Position numbers and translations under genes: made by a program
In this document: piece after piece, positions 50,064-62,373 of the stretch
How the letters are laid out: each line of letters opens with the position of its first letter
How positions within the stretch are numbered: position 1 is the first letter of the stretch
Source of the DNA: Selaginella moellendorffii
Taxonomy: Eukaryota > Plantae > Lycopodiophyta
DNA: 64,000 bases
Direction: 5' to 3'
Assembly (NCBI RefSeq): GCF_000143415.4
Contig: NW_003314361.1
Location: forward strand, 186,001-250,000
The notes under the pieces: generated by a model
The model's input: only the letters and a program-made list of their open reading frames with translations
What the model was told of the DNA's origin: nothing
The model's database searches: none

Positions 50064-51263
50064 ATGGCAAAGAAGAGAGGCGTTGGAGTCCTTGTTCTCA
50101 TCATGGCGCTGTCCGGGTGCTATTTGCTAGGGTTCCAAGGAAAGGATCGCGGGGATCGCATTGGCGGTGGTGCTCGCCATGGCATCGAGCGCGAGCGATT
50201 TCTTCGCGTTCCACAGATTATCTGGGGTCTCAACAACCAGAAGATCGCGCTCGCCCGGGCTGCTCTCACCGCTAGGTATCTCAACAGGAGCCTCTTGATG
50301 CCCACTCTCAGTGCCTCGCTCTCCCATAATTCCTCCTCTCCAGCGCAGACGATCCCCTTCGACGCGGTCTTCTCGCTCGATTCTTTCAACTCGAGGTGCT
50401 CCGGGTTTGTGAGGATCGCGCGCGAGGCAGATGTGCCGGATGGAGCGCCGGCGGTGGAAGTGATCAAGGGAAGCGGGCGGAGATGGACGGCAGCTAGGGA
50501 TCTAGAGCATCTGGAAGAATGTAGGAGGCAAGATCACGAGGTATTGGAGATTCTTGGCAAGAATCCCTTCTTGTGGCCGGATCACTGGGCGGTAAGGGAA
50601 TACGTGACGATCTTCCAGTGCCTGGAGCTGACGAGCAGCATAATATCGGATGTGGAGTATGTAGCATCGAGATTGGAGCTGGCATCGAGCTCTCGAAATC
50701 CATCCTATGTCGCGGTTCACATGCGCATCGAGAGGGATTGGATGATCCATTGCCGGAACACCGAGAAGCGAGCGCTGGAGAAGGAAGGGAAGAAACTCTC
50801 CATCTGTAGCAGCAAGGAGGAGATCATCGATCGCGTGAGGAGGATCGAGAGTTTGAAGCGGCCGGCATTGGTATATCTGGCAGTGGCGGATGTTCTTCTC
50901 GAGGAGGGCGAGAGCTCTCTTCTCCGCGGCTGGGGAGAGGATCTAGTGCCGGTGGAGAAGAAGAAGCTGGGGGTTTTGGATCGCTACGCCAGGCATCCTT
51001 ACTTGATCCAGGCCGCCATAGACTATGAGATCTGCCGCCGAGCCACAGTGTTCGTGGGCAACAGCTTCTCCACTTTCTCCAGCTTGGTGGTGCTCCAGAG
51101 GACTCTCGATGCGCCACACTCTTGCGAATCGTCCTTCGCCTACAATCTTGTGACGGACAAGGGCAGTGCGCGGCCATGGCTGGCCGACCTCTCCAAGGCA
51201 TCGCTGAGCGAGATCTCGTATGAGTCACTTGAGGTTAGCTGTGCTGTGACGCCCGCGCCCTAA
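50064..51263 (+). CDS. O-fucosyltransferase family protein, intronless, N-terminal membrane anchor
   Basis: IWGLNNQKIA, LNRSLLMP, YVAVHMRIERDWMIHC, AAIDYEIC, FVGNSFSTFS. Confidence 0.92.
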   Translation: MAKKRGVGVLVLIMALSGCYLLGFQGKDRGDRIGGGARHGIERERFLRVPQIIWGLNNQKIALARAALTARYLNRSLLMPTLSASLSHNSSSPAQTIPFDAVFSLDSFNSRCSGFVRIAREADVPDGAPAVEVIKGSGRRWTAARDLEHLEECRRQDHEVLEILGKNPFLWPDHWAVREYVTIFQCLELTSSIISDVEYVASRLELASSSRNPSYVAVHMRIERDWMIHCRNTEKRALEKEGKKLSICSSKEEIIDRVRRIESLKRPALVYLAVADVLLEEGESSLLRGWGEDLVPVEKKKLGVLDRYARHPYLIQAAIDYEICRRATVFVGNSFSTFSSLVVLQRTLDAPHSCESSFAYNLVTDKGSARPWLADLSKASLSEISYESLEVSCAVTPAP

Positions 51264-51303
51264 CCCTATCGCCGTGGAGGAGGAGAGCGCGCGCTTCGCT
51301 GCC

Positions 51304-54300
51304 ATGGGCGTGCCCGTGCCGCTCGGTAAGAGTTCGGAGTTTTTTGGAGGCTCTTACACTCTAGTTTTTTTCGCAGCTCTGGAGAATGGATCGATTGGGT
51401 GTCACGGAGAGCTCATCGATCTCCTCAGCAGTGTACGAACCGTGGAGCTACCGTTTGCTGTGCCAAAGCAGCTCTTCCGGGTCACCGAAGCTCAGATTGT
51501 AAGTCTCATTTCTTTGTTTTTCCGATCGTCTTGTAACTTCTTCCATCAAAGGTGAAGGATGTGCTTCACGCACTGCAAGGATCACCTGGCGAGACGATCT
51601 TATGGGACAAAGCCAAGCTCCAGTTCTATTTCAAACTTGGAACACACGTCTCCCATCTCTCGCCATCCAGCTTGCTGGTAATGCTACGGCCATTTCTTTC
51701 TGCGGCGACGAGCTCGAGAAGAGTCCAAAAGTTCGTCTCCAAGGCCTCCATGTCGCTTTCTCATAAGTTCCCGACGTTGGAGGCTTTCGCTAAAGCAGTT
51801 TCTCTGCGGCTTGAGGTGGAGTTTGCTTTTGATTTCGAGGCATTCCTGTAATAATCTGTTCTCTTTGCAGCACATAAGGCGTGCTGTCCTGGAGAAAGAG
51901 ACTGAGGCGGTGCAAGAGCCATCGTCTGTCACTCTATTAAATCTTTCCGAGAGTTTGTCCTGGTATGCATCGCAGACAGTTTTCTGATGACCCTTTACTA
52001 TTTTGCTTCATCTGCAGGGTCAGTTCCGCTTTCAAGTTCCTTGACCACGTCGTGAACAACGCTGTTCCGAATAACTTCTTTACGTATGATGCTGCCAACT
52101 TGTCTACTCACATCCTAACTTTCCTGTTTGACGCTTTGAATAAGTTCTCCTTGTTGAAGGATGGGGAGGTAGGCCTCCGATTCTTCTCTGCATTGGTTCT
52201 AACTTTGCTGCCTGTAGGAAGAAGCATATCGTACGCTGTTGCTGTTGTTCGTCGTGAGCCTGTGGCCTCATGTACAACTCCTCGATACTTGGCTTCAGGA
52301 AGGAAGCTTGTCGGATCCTTTTGGCGAGGTACATTCTGCTCCAAGCGAGCATACTAACGGCTAACATATTTCGGGCAGCTGTTCTTTTATGCCAATGCTT
52401 CGGCTTCAATCCAAGACACTGCATTTTGGCAAACGGGATACTTAGTACGTTATACAGACCAAACCGGGGAGGAGCGGCAGAGTCTTAGCTGTGCTTCATT
52501 TCTGCAACCAATTGCAATGCCGATTCTTTCCGCGGGAAAATCGTTGCAGCTTTTACGGCATTTTCAGAAGGAAGGCGTGGCAAAGGCATCTACTGTACAA
52601 CTGATTCAAGCCCCAGAGACATCTCTGTTCGAGAACTTCTGCCTTTCGTTGAAGAAACTCCTCGTACAAGACAACCTTCCTCCCACCGAGCTGTCATCCC
52701 TGACTAAGATAGCCGCAGGGACTGAAGGTCATATATCCAGTACAATCATTCTGCCTTCATTGGACGACCATGGACTTCGGAATGCAGTGTTTTCGAATGA
52801 TAAGGGCCACGTTGATCGTACGAGTTATCTTCATGGTAGCGGATGCGGGAGTATTTTGCACCGTCAAATGCTGGTGGATGAAAAAGAGTTGAAGCTGGTG
52901 TTCGCAACTCTTGCGGAGATATCTTCAGAAGAGGTAAGAAGTTTGATCGAAATTAGACTGAAACTCATTTCAAGGATCGTGGTGAGTGCACAGGAAAGTA
53001 CCGAGTGCGGAGCGGCTATCTCAATGTTAGAATGGCTACAACGTGTTGACTTTCCGGTAACACCTTCATCAACAGTGATAGTTCAAGAATGCCTCATCAG
53101 CTTGATAACCAAGCAGGTATACGTAGCCTCCACAAGTTTGTAGCTTGGCTAAGCTTTCATACAGGTTAATGCCATAGGTGCACAGTTGCTTGAAAAGCTA
53201 ATGGGAGAATGGCGTCTGATGGAAGAACTATCGCTTCTGCGTTCTCTTTACCTGATGGGCTCTGGTACGGTGTCTAATCTCTCTTCTTAAGAATGTTGAT
53301 GGAAATGTGTTTCTTTCTCTCTTTTTTTTTCTTTCTTTCAGGAGACCTGCTGCAGCAGTTCTCGTTTGTGCTTTTCAATAAACTTGATCGTGGGGAACCA
53401 TGGGATGATTTTTACGAGTTGAACACCATGCTACAGGTGAATGAGTAGTTTTTCCCTCTCTCTTTCTCTCATAGATTCATTTCGCGCTCAGGAATCAGTT
53501 CGAAGCTCTGCGGATGCTGCCATGTATTCCACTCTAGATTCTTTGGTTGTAAAAATGGAATCGCGCGGAACGGCGGAAAGGTCTCCAGTTCATCGTGTGC
53601 AGTTTACTGGACGTAGCCCAGTTTTTGGCATAGATACTTTACAAGACCTCCGTTTTGAGTATAAGGTGTGCTTCGCTTTCCTCTCTAGCATATTTCATTG
53701 TGGCTTTGGCAGGTGGCATGGCCTTTGGAGCTCATCATTGACAGTGATGCAATCAAAAGATACAACCAGGTGCGATGTAAATTTTCTGAGCTTAATAATC
53801 ATTCAATTCAAGTAAAACAGGTGATGTGCTTCCTGCTAAAAGTGAAGAGAGCAAAGCAAGCTCTGGACAAAGCATGCCGATGGACGTGGAAGGTTTGCAT
53901 TTACTTGTTTGAGGGACGCAATTCACTTGAAACGCTTTTGGCAGGGAGACTCTGATAGCCACAAACCACAACTACTTCTACAAATGAAGCTCATGCACTT
54001 CGTAAACACCTTGCATCACTACGTCATGGATCAGGTAAGATCATTTCTATCTTCGAATTGCACGATCTAAGAAGTTTCGTGACAGGTACTATACAGTTCG
54101 TGGCTGGAGCTTTGTGAAGGAATGTCTTCGGCAAGGTCACTCGATGAAGTTATCTCGTGCCATGATATGTACTTGATCTCTATTCAGAGGCAGTGCTTTG
54201 TTGCACCAGACAAACTGGTAAGTATACAAGGCACTGTATCCCTCTCACCTGACGCTACTCCATTCAGTGGACGCTGATTTCGAGCCGTGTGAAGTCGATA

Positions 54301-54646
54301 CTGGGGTTGGCACTGGAATTTTATGCTGTCCAGCGTGGGGTTGTCGGATCAGCAGGCACTGCCCCTCGATCTCAGCTGGAAATTGACAACGTTGCCAAGC
54401 AGTTTGACGAGTGCATTGCGTTTCTTTTGAGGGTACGCTAGCTATAATTCTTACCACGTTCTAATGCTTTCCTCCTGTCTTCAGGTTTTGTCGTTTAAGT
54501 TGAACGTCGGACATTTCCCTCATCTAACGGAACTCATCACCCGAATTAACTACAACAACTACTACCTTTCCGAATCCGGGCAGCTGCTGACACCGATTCC
54601 AGACTTGCAACCGCACAGGCTGAAGAAGAACTTGTTTTCAAAGTAA
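51304..54646 (+). CDS. GCP5: Gamma-tubulin complex component 5; many exons
   Basis: YLMGSGDLLQQF, WPLELII....KRYNQVMCFLLKVKRAK, QRQCFVAPDKLW, VLSFKLNVGHFPHL..L.TRINYN; start codon inferred. Confidence 0.85.
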
Positions 54647-54664
54647 AGGTACGAGGGATGCATT

Positions 54665-55817
54665 TCATGCTTGGCCGCAACCTTCTGACAAGAAGCTTGT
54701 AGCTATAATTCCTAGAGCTCCTACTGGAAAGAAGCCGCCAGGACACGAAGGATTCCCAGTCCGGTAGACAATGGACAGGACTTGCGCCGGGGTGCGAGAG
54801 TACGAAACAGAGTAGTCGTCACCGACGAGGGTGTTTTGGGTGGTCCTGCCTTCGGCTCCAAGACACAGCGGAACGTGAATTCCCTCGTCATTCACGCCGT
54901 AGGAATGGTCTATGGTGCTACGGAAGTTGGAAAGCCTTGCGGTCACCTCTGCAACAGTGAAGCTGTACGGTGAAACTATGCGCTCGGCATGCTCAGTGAG
55001 ATAGGCTCGGATCACTGCGTCCTGCCCCGACTCGACACCCAGCAGGCCTGCAACAAGCTGGTGACAAAGGTTTTGGAAGTCAGCCAGCTCCGGATGTATA
55101 CATCACTTTACCCGCTTGGCCGTGGAGCTCTGGAGATTGGTGTTTCCTCCGACATAACCAGTGAGGCCGATGTAAGGGATCATGTAAGAAGCGAGCAGGA
55201 AGTTTAGGCTGTTGGCGTAGACGTCGAAAGGAGGATTGAGGCTGCCACCCAGGGCTCTGTCGAAGAAGGCCGCCCAGTTTGCACGGCTGAGGTCCAGGAC
55301 AGGACGGCGGAACGCGGCCGAGCCTAGAGTGTCCTTGATGGCCCTGCATGGTTACGTGGGAAAACAAGTGAGAAGAGCTAGCTCGAAACCCCGGCTACTG
55401 CTCGACACGACCCGAGAACTACCTGAGGTGGCCGATCTCCTGGTAGCCAAACTGAGCGGACAAGTCTCTGGTAAACTCATCCAAGTTTGCGAGCTGAGCT
55501 CCTACGGGAGGTGATCCTCCGCCGGAGAGGCCGGGGATGATAACGTCGAGGCCGTGTCCGAAAGCACTCCACAGGAAGAACTCGGCTTCCAGGTACTCGA
55601 CGTTGAGCGCGAGCTGGAGCCCCTCGGCGTCCGCCTCGGGGATGCCAGAGGGAATGTAGGAAGCGTTCTGGGAGACGAGGCAGCCTTCCCAGGTAGAGAC
55701 GGTCGGGGGAGAGCTACCAGCGACGAGCAATGCTGCTGCGAAGAGCAATACTAGCAGCGATGATCCTGTCATCGCAAGAGGAAGAGTTAGCGATGGTAGC
55801 AGCGATGGTCTTGTCAT
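54665..55817 (-). CDS. Desiccation-related PCC13-62-like secreted protein (ferritin-like fold); 3 exons
   Basis: Signal peptide, LALNVEYLEAEFF, QFGYQEIGHLRAIK, AGLLGVESGQDAVIR, YSRTPAQVLSIVY, GGFFP.GA. Confidence 0.92.
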
Positions 55818-56079
55818 TGCAAGAAGAAGAGCTAGCGACGATGATCTTAGAGGAAGGAGGAAGGAGGAGAAGAGAAGCTGGAGATAATTTGACAGGTGAT
55901 GAAACTCTGGAGAGGAGATTTAAATCCATATCTCCATGGACAAAGCTCTCACGCGGCGCGAATGATTTTCATATCTTTGTCCTTGCGTAGGCCGCAATGC
56001 CAAGGAGGTGGAGGCCTTTAAAAATATAGGTTTACCTTTGGCGTTATTCCCATAACATTCTTCTCTCCAAATTCATCCC

Positions 56080-57944
56080 ATGGATGAGTTAGAGGAGAAG
56101 AAGGGGCAGCAGCTATTGGTCCAGCTCCTCTCGTGTGCGCGAAACAATGACGCAGCGCAGCTAGGGCGCCTCCTCCGCGCAGATCCAGCGCTCGTCCACG
56201 CCAAGGATTACGATGGCCGCACCGCGCTCCACATCGCCGCGCTCCACGGCGGCGCCGATGCCGCCCGGCTGCTCCTCGCCGCTGGCGCCAACGTGAATGC
56301 CACGGATCGCTGGGGAAACTCGGTATGTATTGGATTATCTCCTCCCTCGCTCGCGATCCAAGGCTTGCATTCTCGGGATCCCATCCCAGTGTTGCTTGTT
56401 TGACGCGTTGTTTCGCCTTCTTCTTAGCCCTTGACGGATGCCGAGGCTGCTGGGTTTGGGAATTTGGTGAGGCTGATCCAGGATTACGGGGGACAACTCC
56501 TGGTAAGAGCTCTGGGATTGCTCTCGGCATTTTTCTTGTTTTGATAGATCTTGGCAGACAGGGAATAGTGGTGTTACTCCTCCCACTCCACGAAACAGGG
56601 ATTGGGAGATTGATCCAAGCGAGATTGACTTGCGACACAGCACTTTAATTGGAAAGGTAGGAAGATCTCCTCTTTTTTTTCTTCTTCTTCTTTTTGAGCG
56701 GTGGGATTTTTTTTCTTTCCAGGGATCCTTTGGAGAGATTCGCAAAGTCGTATGGAGAGGAACTCCTGTAGCGGCCAAGACAATTCTACCCTCTCTTTGC
56801 AACGACAGAATGGTGGTGTAAGTTTTCTACTAGAGTTCCATCTCTTGACTGACGATGATTTGTTTTTTGTGCTCTGTCCAGCGAGGACTTTCGGTACGAG
56901 GTCCAGCTCTTGGTGAAGTTACGACATCCAAACATTGTCCAGTTCCTGGGAGCCGTCACAAAGAAACCACCTCTCATGCTCATTACAGAGTTCCTCCCAA
57001 AGGTCCGGTAATTGTTCTTCTCGTTCGGTCACAGTCGTAACGTTCTCTAACACGTAGTCACGGTGCAGGGTGATTTGCACAGAGTTTTGAGAGAGAAGAG
57101 GGGCTTACATTCTTCCGTTGCCATCAACTTCGCGCTGGATATTGCACGGTATCTAGCTATGATGCTCCACCTATTTTAACTCTTGTGCCTTTTGTCTCCA
57201 GCGGGATGGCTTACTTGCATCGAGGCCCCAACGTTATCATACATAGAGATCTTAAGCCTCGGTATGTTTGTTATTGATCCTGGCTTGTGGAATTAAAATG
57301 GATGCTTTGCAGCAACATTATCATGGACGAAGGAAGCGAGCTCAAGGTGGGTGATTTCGGCCTGAGCAAGCTTATACGGGGACAGAATCCCCACGACTTT
57401 TATAAGTTAACCGGAGAAACAGGGAGTTGTGCGTGTCTAAGACTCTGTTATAGTTCATACTACTAAAGCTGATTGTGGTTGCAGATAGATACATGGCACC
57501 AGAGGTCTTCAAGCACGACAAGTATGACAAGAGCGTGGATGTTTTCTCCTTTGGCATGATCCTTTACGAGGTAACTCTTTCTCCTGGTGCAAAACGACTT
57601 CACGTCCTTAATGAATTGAATTGGTAGATGTTTGAGGGAAATGCCCCATTCTTCCATATGGAACCGTACTCTGCCGCTTCGACTGTAGCAGACGGAGAAA
57701 GACCCAGCTTCAAAGCCAAAGGATACACGGCAGAGATGAAAGAGTGAGCACATTAATCACTACAGAAGTTCTTCACTGTTGCTCACGCAAAAACTCCTGT
57801 GCTTGTGCTGCCAGGTTGATTGAAAATTGCTGGCAGGACTCACCAGCGCTGCGACCATCTTTCCCCACGATCATAGAAAGATTAGAACGATTGCAAGGAT
57901 CGCAACAAGGACATCACCACCACCACTGGCCATTCGCTAAGTAG
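56080..57944 (+). CDS. Ankyrin-repeat Raf-like kinase (ILK/VIK family); multi-exon
   Basis: DYDGRTALHIAA, NVNATDRWGN, GKGSFGEI..V.WRGTPVAAK, HRDLKP, KVGDFGLSK, YMAPE. Confidence 0.93.
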
Positions 57945-59353
57945 CTGCCAAACACATTTGTGTTGTTCTATGAATCCAAGTATCCCGATCAGGACTGGCT
58001 ACTGCTTATAATGTAGAAGAAATTCAGCAATAGATCAGAACAACTCAAGCAAGATGGTGCAAGCCATTGTTACCGCGACATAAACATGTCTGCTACTTTA
58101 ACCCCTGAACCTTTAGCCCATCCATAGACAATCTCCCACTCGCCATTACCCACGCCGTGTGCGCACGATGGAGAACGTCTCATGATCCCGAAAAAAGCCA
58201 TAGCCTACGCTTGGCCCCTGGCTTCTGCCACCCAATGGGTCCATTGTCTCTGGTGCTCGACAGCTCTACGTTGTGGACAGAGCAATCGACGCTCTTTTTC
58301 CCTACTTTTCCTCCACCGGCAGCTGGCAGCCTCTGTTAGATGTTGAAGAGGAAGCAGATGTGGAGCTTGAGTTAATGGATGCTCACGAGGTGAGGGAGTT
58401 GGAAATACGTACATGCCATCCCATATAATGTTTATCCTCGCAGCTTCTACTTCAACCTCTTGAAGACAGGTTGGTGAAGAAGGGTGGCAAAAGGTAGCTT
58501 CACGTCCCATATACCAGGCAGCGACTTGTTATGGTTCATGGCAGGTTAGGCATCCGCTTGAAGACTCCCGCTTCATTGTGGCTTGGACGGCAGACCATGC
58601 ATGCTGCTTCTGAGTTTGGTGTTCCAAATGTTGTTGTGTGCTCCGGAGCTTGGGGATTTACCTAACTTATGAAAGTTAGAAGTCAGGGTTGGGAACTCCT
58701 CATAGTTTACATGGAACCAAATAAATGGATTCGACCATATTTCATTACACAGGACTAGTTCTACGCCAAGAATGGATTTCTGTAAATTCTAGAACATGCT
58801 AGTCTATCCAATTTGGCGCCAAACATCGCAGATAGATCAGATACTTGTTACAAAATGCAAAGAACAAATTTCAACCCGGGAGACGGGTGTCGAGACTCAG
58901 CTGGTGAAACCAAGGCAGTCTTTGGGTTCTAGTCTTACCCAAAGTCACCACAAATTTAGCAAAGTCCCCGCAAGAAACGAACAAAAATCCTTGACAAAGA
59001 CACACCATGCAAATTTCAAATCCCATGTTCAAATGCGACAAACCTGTCAACTTGAGATTTTAGCTCAAGCTACAAGACTTTAAATCAGTTCGTAACTCAG
59101 AATCAATGAACCCTTGTGTCCAATTTCCACCACCTTCAGTCCTACAACTTATTCATGAAATCAATCGAGATCTCTCCCTTGCACCACGCTTGGCTATTTA
59201 CATCTTAGCACTCATGGGCAACTTACTCAAACACGCGAGCAAAAACAAAAACAAAAACAAAAAAAAAAAAATTATAAAAACTCTTCTTTCCTGCCTCGGC
59301 CTGGCAAAGAGATATTAGTTCTAGAGGGAAAAAACGAACCACCGAGGGAGAGC

Positions 59354-61878
59354 CTACACTCCCGCCTTCTTCACCAGGCCAGCAAAGTATCCATTCTTCT
59401 TCGAGAGCCCCTCGAGCGTCCTTGCTTCCAATTCCGCAATCGACCTCTGCAGCTTCTCCTTCTTGAGAATGTCGTTATCAGTTTCCGGCGCTTTGGGCGA
59501 ATACCTGTACAAACCTGTGCCCGGCTGCGGCGTCGCCGCTTCCACCACCGCGCAGTCCATGCGATTCACCGATATCTCGCATAGCTCGCCCGGGACACAC
59601 TCTCGCTCTCGCGGACCACCTACAACGGACGTGTTGTCGAAGCCATCCTCCAGCTTCGCCCCCGACACCTCGGACACCGTAGCCTCCGACACCGAATCCC
59701 CAACCGAGCTCGTGTGCATGTCAGTCACGCTTGTGTTTATCCCATCGTCCTCTCTCTCCGCCTTGAGCAGTTGCTCCTGCTGCTGCTCCTGCTGCTGCTC
59801 CTCGCTCGCCAAAACCTGGTGTTGCTGCTCCCGTTGCTCCGGGTTTACCACCTCACCGTGCTTCAGGCCCTCGTGAAACGTACCCGACGTGCTGTTGATC
59901 CACTGTGCCACCATGTCCTGCTTGCTAGTCGACGAAGAAACCAACTCCGGATACTCTTCTTCTGCGGGGCTGAAATGGCCGTTGTTGTCGAGCCCGGTGG
60001 TGGGCTCGGGCTCCGAATCGGTATCGGTCGATAGGCAGCCCACCGAAACCTCCTCAAAGCGTCCAAACATCATCCCTTCCCCATGCGTCGAGTCAGTGCT
60101 ATGCATCTCTGTGGCGTTTAGCTCTTCCGCCTCGGCAACTGGACCTGTATCTTCAACACCCTTCTCGTCGTCCGCATCAAATGCGCCGCCAGGCTTCCAG
60201 TCCGGAACCAGGGACAATATCTCCGCGTCAATCATCTCTGCGATTGTGGCTACGTCTTGGTCTGACAGGTCCAACTCGGTTACCATTTCACTGGCAACGC
60301 TGAAAGCGGTATCAGCTTCCAAGTCGAAAGCAAAATGGATGTTTCGCACATGACCTGTGGAGACCGAGAAAGTCAGTTGTCACCTCACAAGAATGATTAC
60401 GTAAAGTATTACCTTGCTCTGATATTCGTAGCCGCAAGAATATGTTGTCCTGTCTCAACTTTCCCTTCACCTTGAAGTCCTTGCTTTTCTGCGTATCATC
60501 CTTGAATTCCGAGTACGGGTTCCTAGAAGGCTTTCTAGATATGTCGTCATTATCTGTTTCCTGTGAGTGGCAACTGTCGAAGCTGCCGTGTGCCTTAATC
60601 TTTTCATTCGGCTTCACTAGCTCTTCCATGTCGTTGACCCGATCTTTGTTAAGACTTGGCAAGGAATCTGCTACGCCGTCCCGATCGCTTTCACACTGAA
60701 GGAATGGATCCTTCAGTAGCTCCCGTGCAGGTAGCCTTTTGGATGCTGTGGCGAGGCACTTTTGAATGAAGCTTCTGACCTCTGGATCCTTGACCTTGTC
60801 AAGGGCGGCAGGCTTTATTCCCTGCATAAACAAATTCGAGAATGAGCTGCCAAGTTTCAATCGTATCGTGCAAGAACTCTCACCGACGACACTTTTTTGT
60901 AAATCTGTGCCGCATTTGTACACTCGCTGTAAGGGTAATCGAAAGTAACGAGCTCCAGCACGCACATGCCAAAAGCGTAGATGTCAACAAGTTCATTGTA
61001 GTCCTCCTCGTAAAGCTCCGGTGCCATGAACTCCGGAGTACCTGGAAAATGCACCGCTTTGATCAGAAAAGAGAATAAAGGACAGAGAGAGAGAGAGAGA
61101 GAATAAAATGCACACCAATCACACTGTGCGCAGCATGAGCCTGACGAAGAATTGTCGCCAGGCCGAGGTCTCCAATCTTGACTTCTCCCTGGTTCCCATT
61201 TACAAAGATATTGTCACACTTTAGATCGCGGTGAATAATGGGAGGATCGTGGCTGTGCAAGTACAGCAGCCCACGAAGGATTTGCCTAGCCCAATTCTTG
61301 ACCGCTTTCATGTCAACATTCTTGTGCTTCTTGCGGTACCTAAGAGACGAAACCAAAAAACAAACACACGCTAAAGCTCAAACTAAAGGATGTGAAGGGA
61401 ACTCACTGTCGCAGTGTGCCGGAGGTGAAAATCTCGGTGATGAAGTTCACATTCTTCGTCCGTGGATCCACCCATGACGTGAAGAACTTGATCACGTTCT
61501 TGTGTTTCAAGCCCCTCAGCAAGTGAACCTCCGAGTAGAGCCGCTCAAGGTCCTCGGGTCTTCCCAAAACATCCTGGACATTCACCTGGTTCCAGGCAAC
61601 CTCGATACCATCCACCTCGTCGAAAGCCTTGTAACTACACACAGATCAAAACCCATTAGGAACGAAAACCATCTCCTCGACAAAAAGGACTTACACTGTC
61701 TTGAAGGCTCCACGACCCAGGACTTCGTTATACTGAGAGAAAAACCACCATGAGCTCTTCCATCTTGCCACAAGTCGAAAAGAAAAAAATTTACCCGGCC
61801 ATAGCGCCCAGTGGGATCGACCTCGACAAACTCGGAATCATCGGCATCGGCGGCGTTGGCCCCTGATTCCACCTCCAT
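59354..61878 (-). CDS. WNK: WNK kinase; multi-exon
   Basis: [81 protein letters not shown]. Confidence 0.96.
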
Positions 61879-62373
61879 GACGCAGCACATCTACGCTGTT
61901 ACAAAAAGGGAGGACACGAGCTCCAGCGGCGTGAGCCGCCGCTGCGGGATTTCAATCGGCCTAGAGGAAGAGGCGGCAGCGGCGATCCGTGGCGGCAATC
62001 AGACATCGCTGGGGCATCCAACGAGACCCTTGAGCTACAGAATCAACCCTAGCCCCCAGATTTCCAGCTCCGACACCTGGATCGCAGGCCCGCGCCCTGC
62101 GCGCCGCCCGATGCCCCTCCACGCAACCCGCGCCGTGCCGCCGCCCTCCTCTAGCGCTCAAGAACACCACAAGGCCGCGGGGAAGGGAAAAGAAAAAGCC
62201 TATTTCGCAAGCAATGGGCAATATAAAACACTCTGGAGCCACTCGCCGTAATAAAAAGGTACAAATGAGATTGCGCCACGTGGAAGACCTATTTCTTGAT
62301 TTTTCTTCGCATTTGATAAGGTTATCTAAACTATACTACCAAACGATAAGGCAAAGCTTTTATATGTGTTTAT

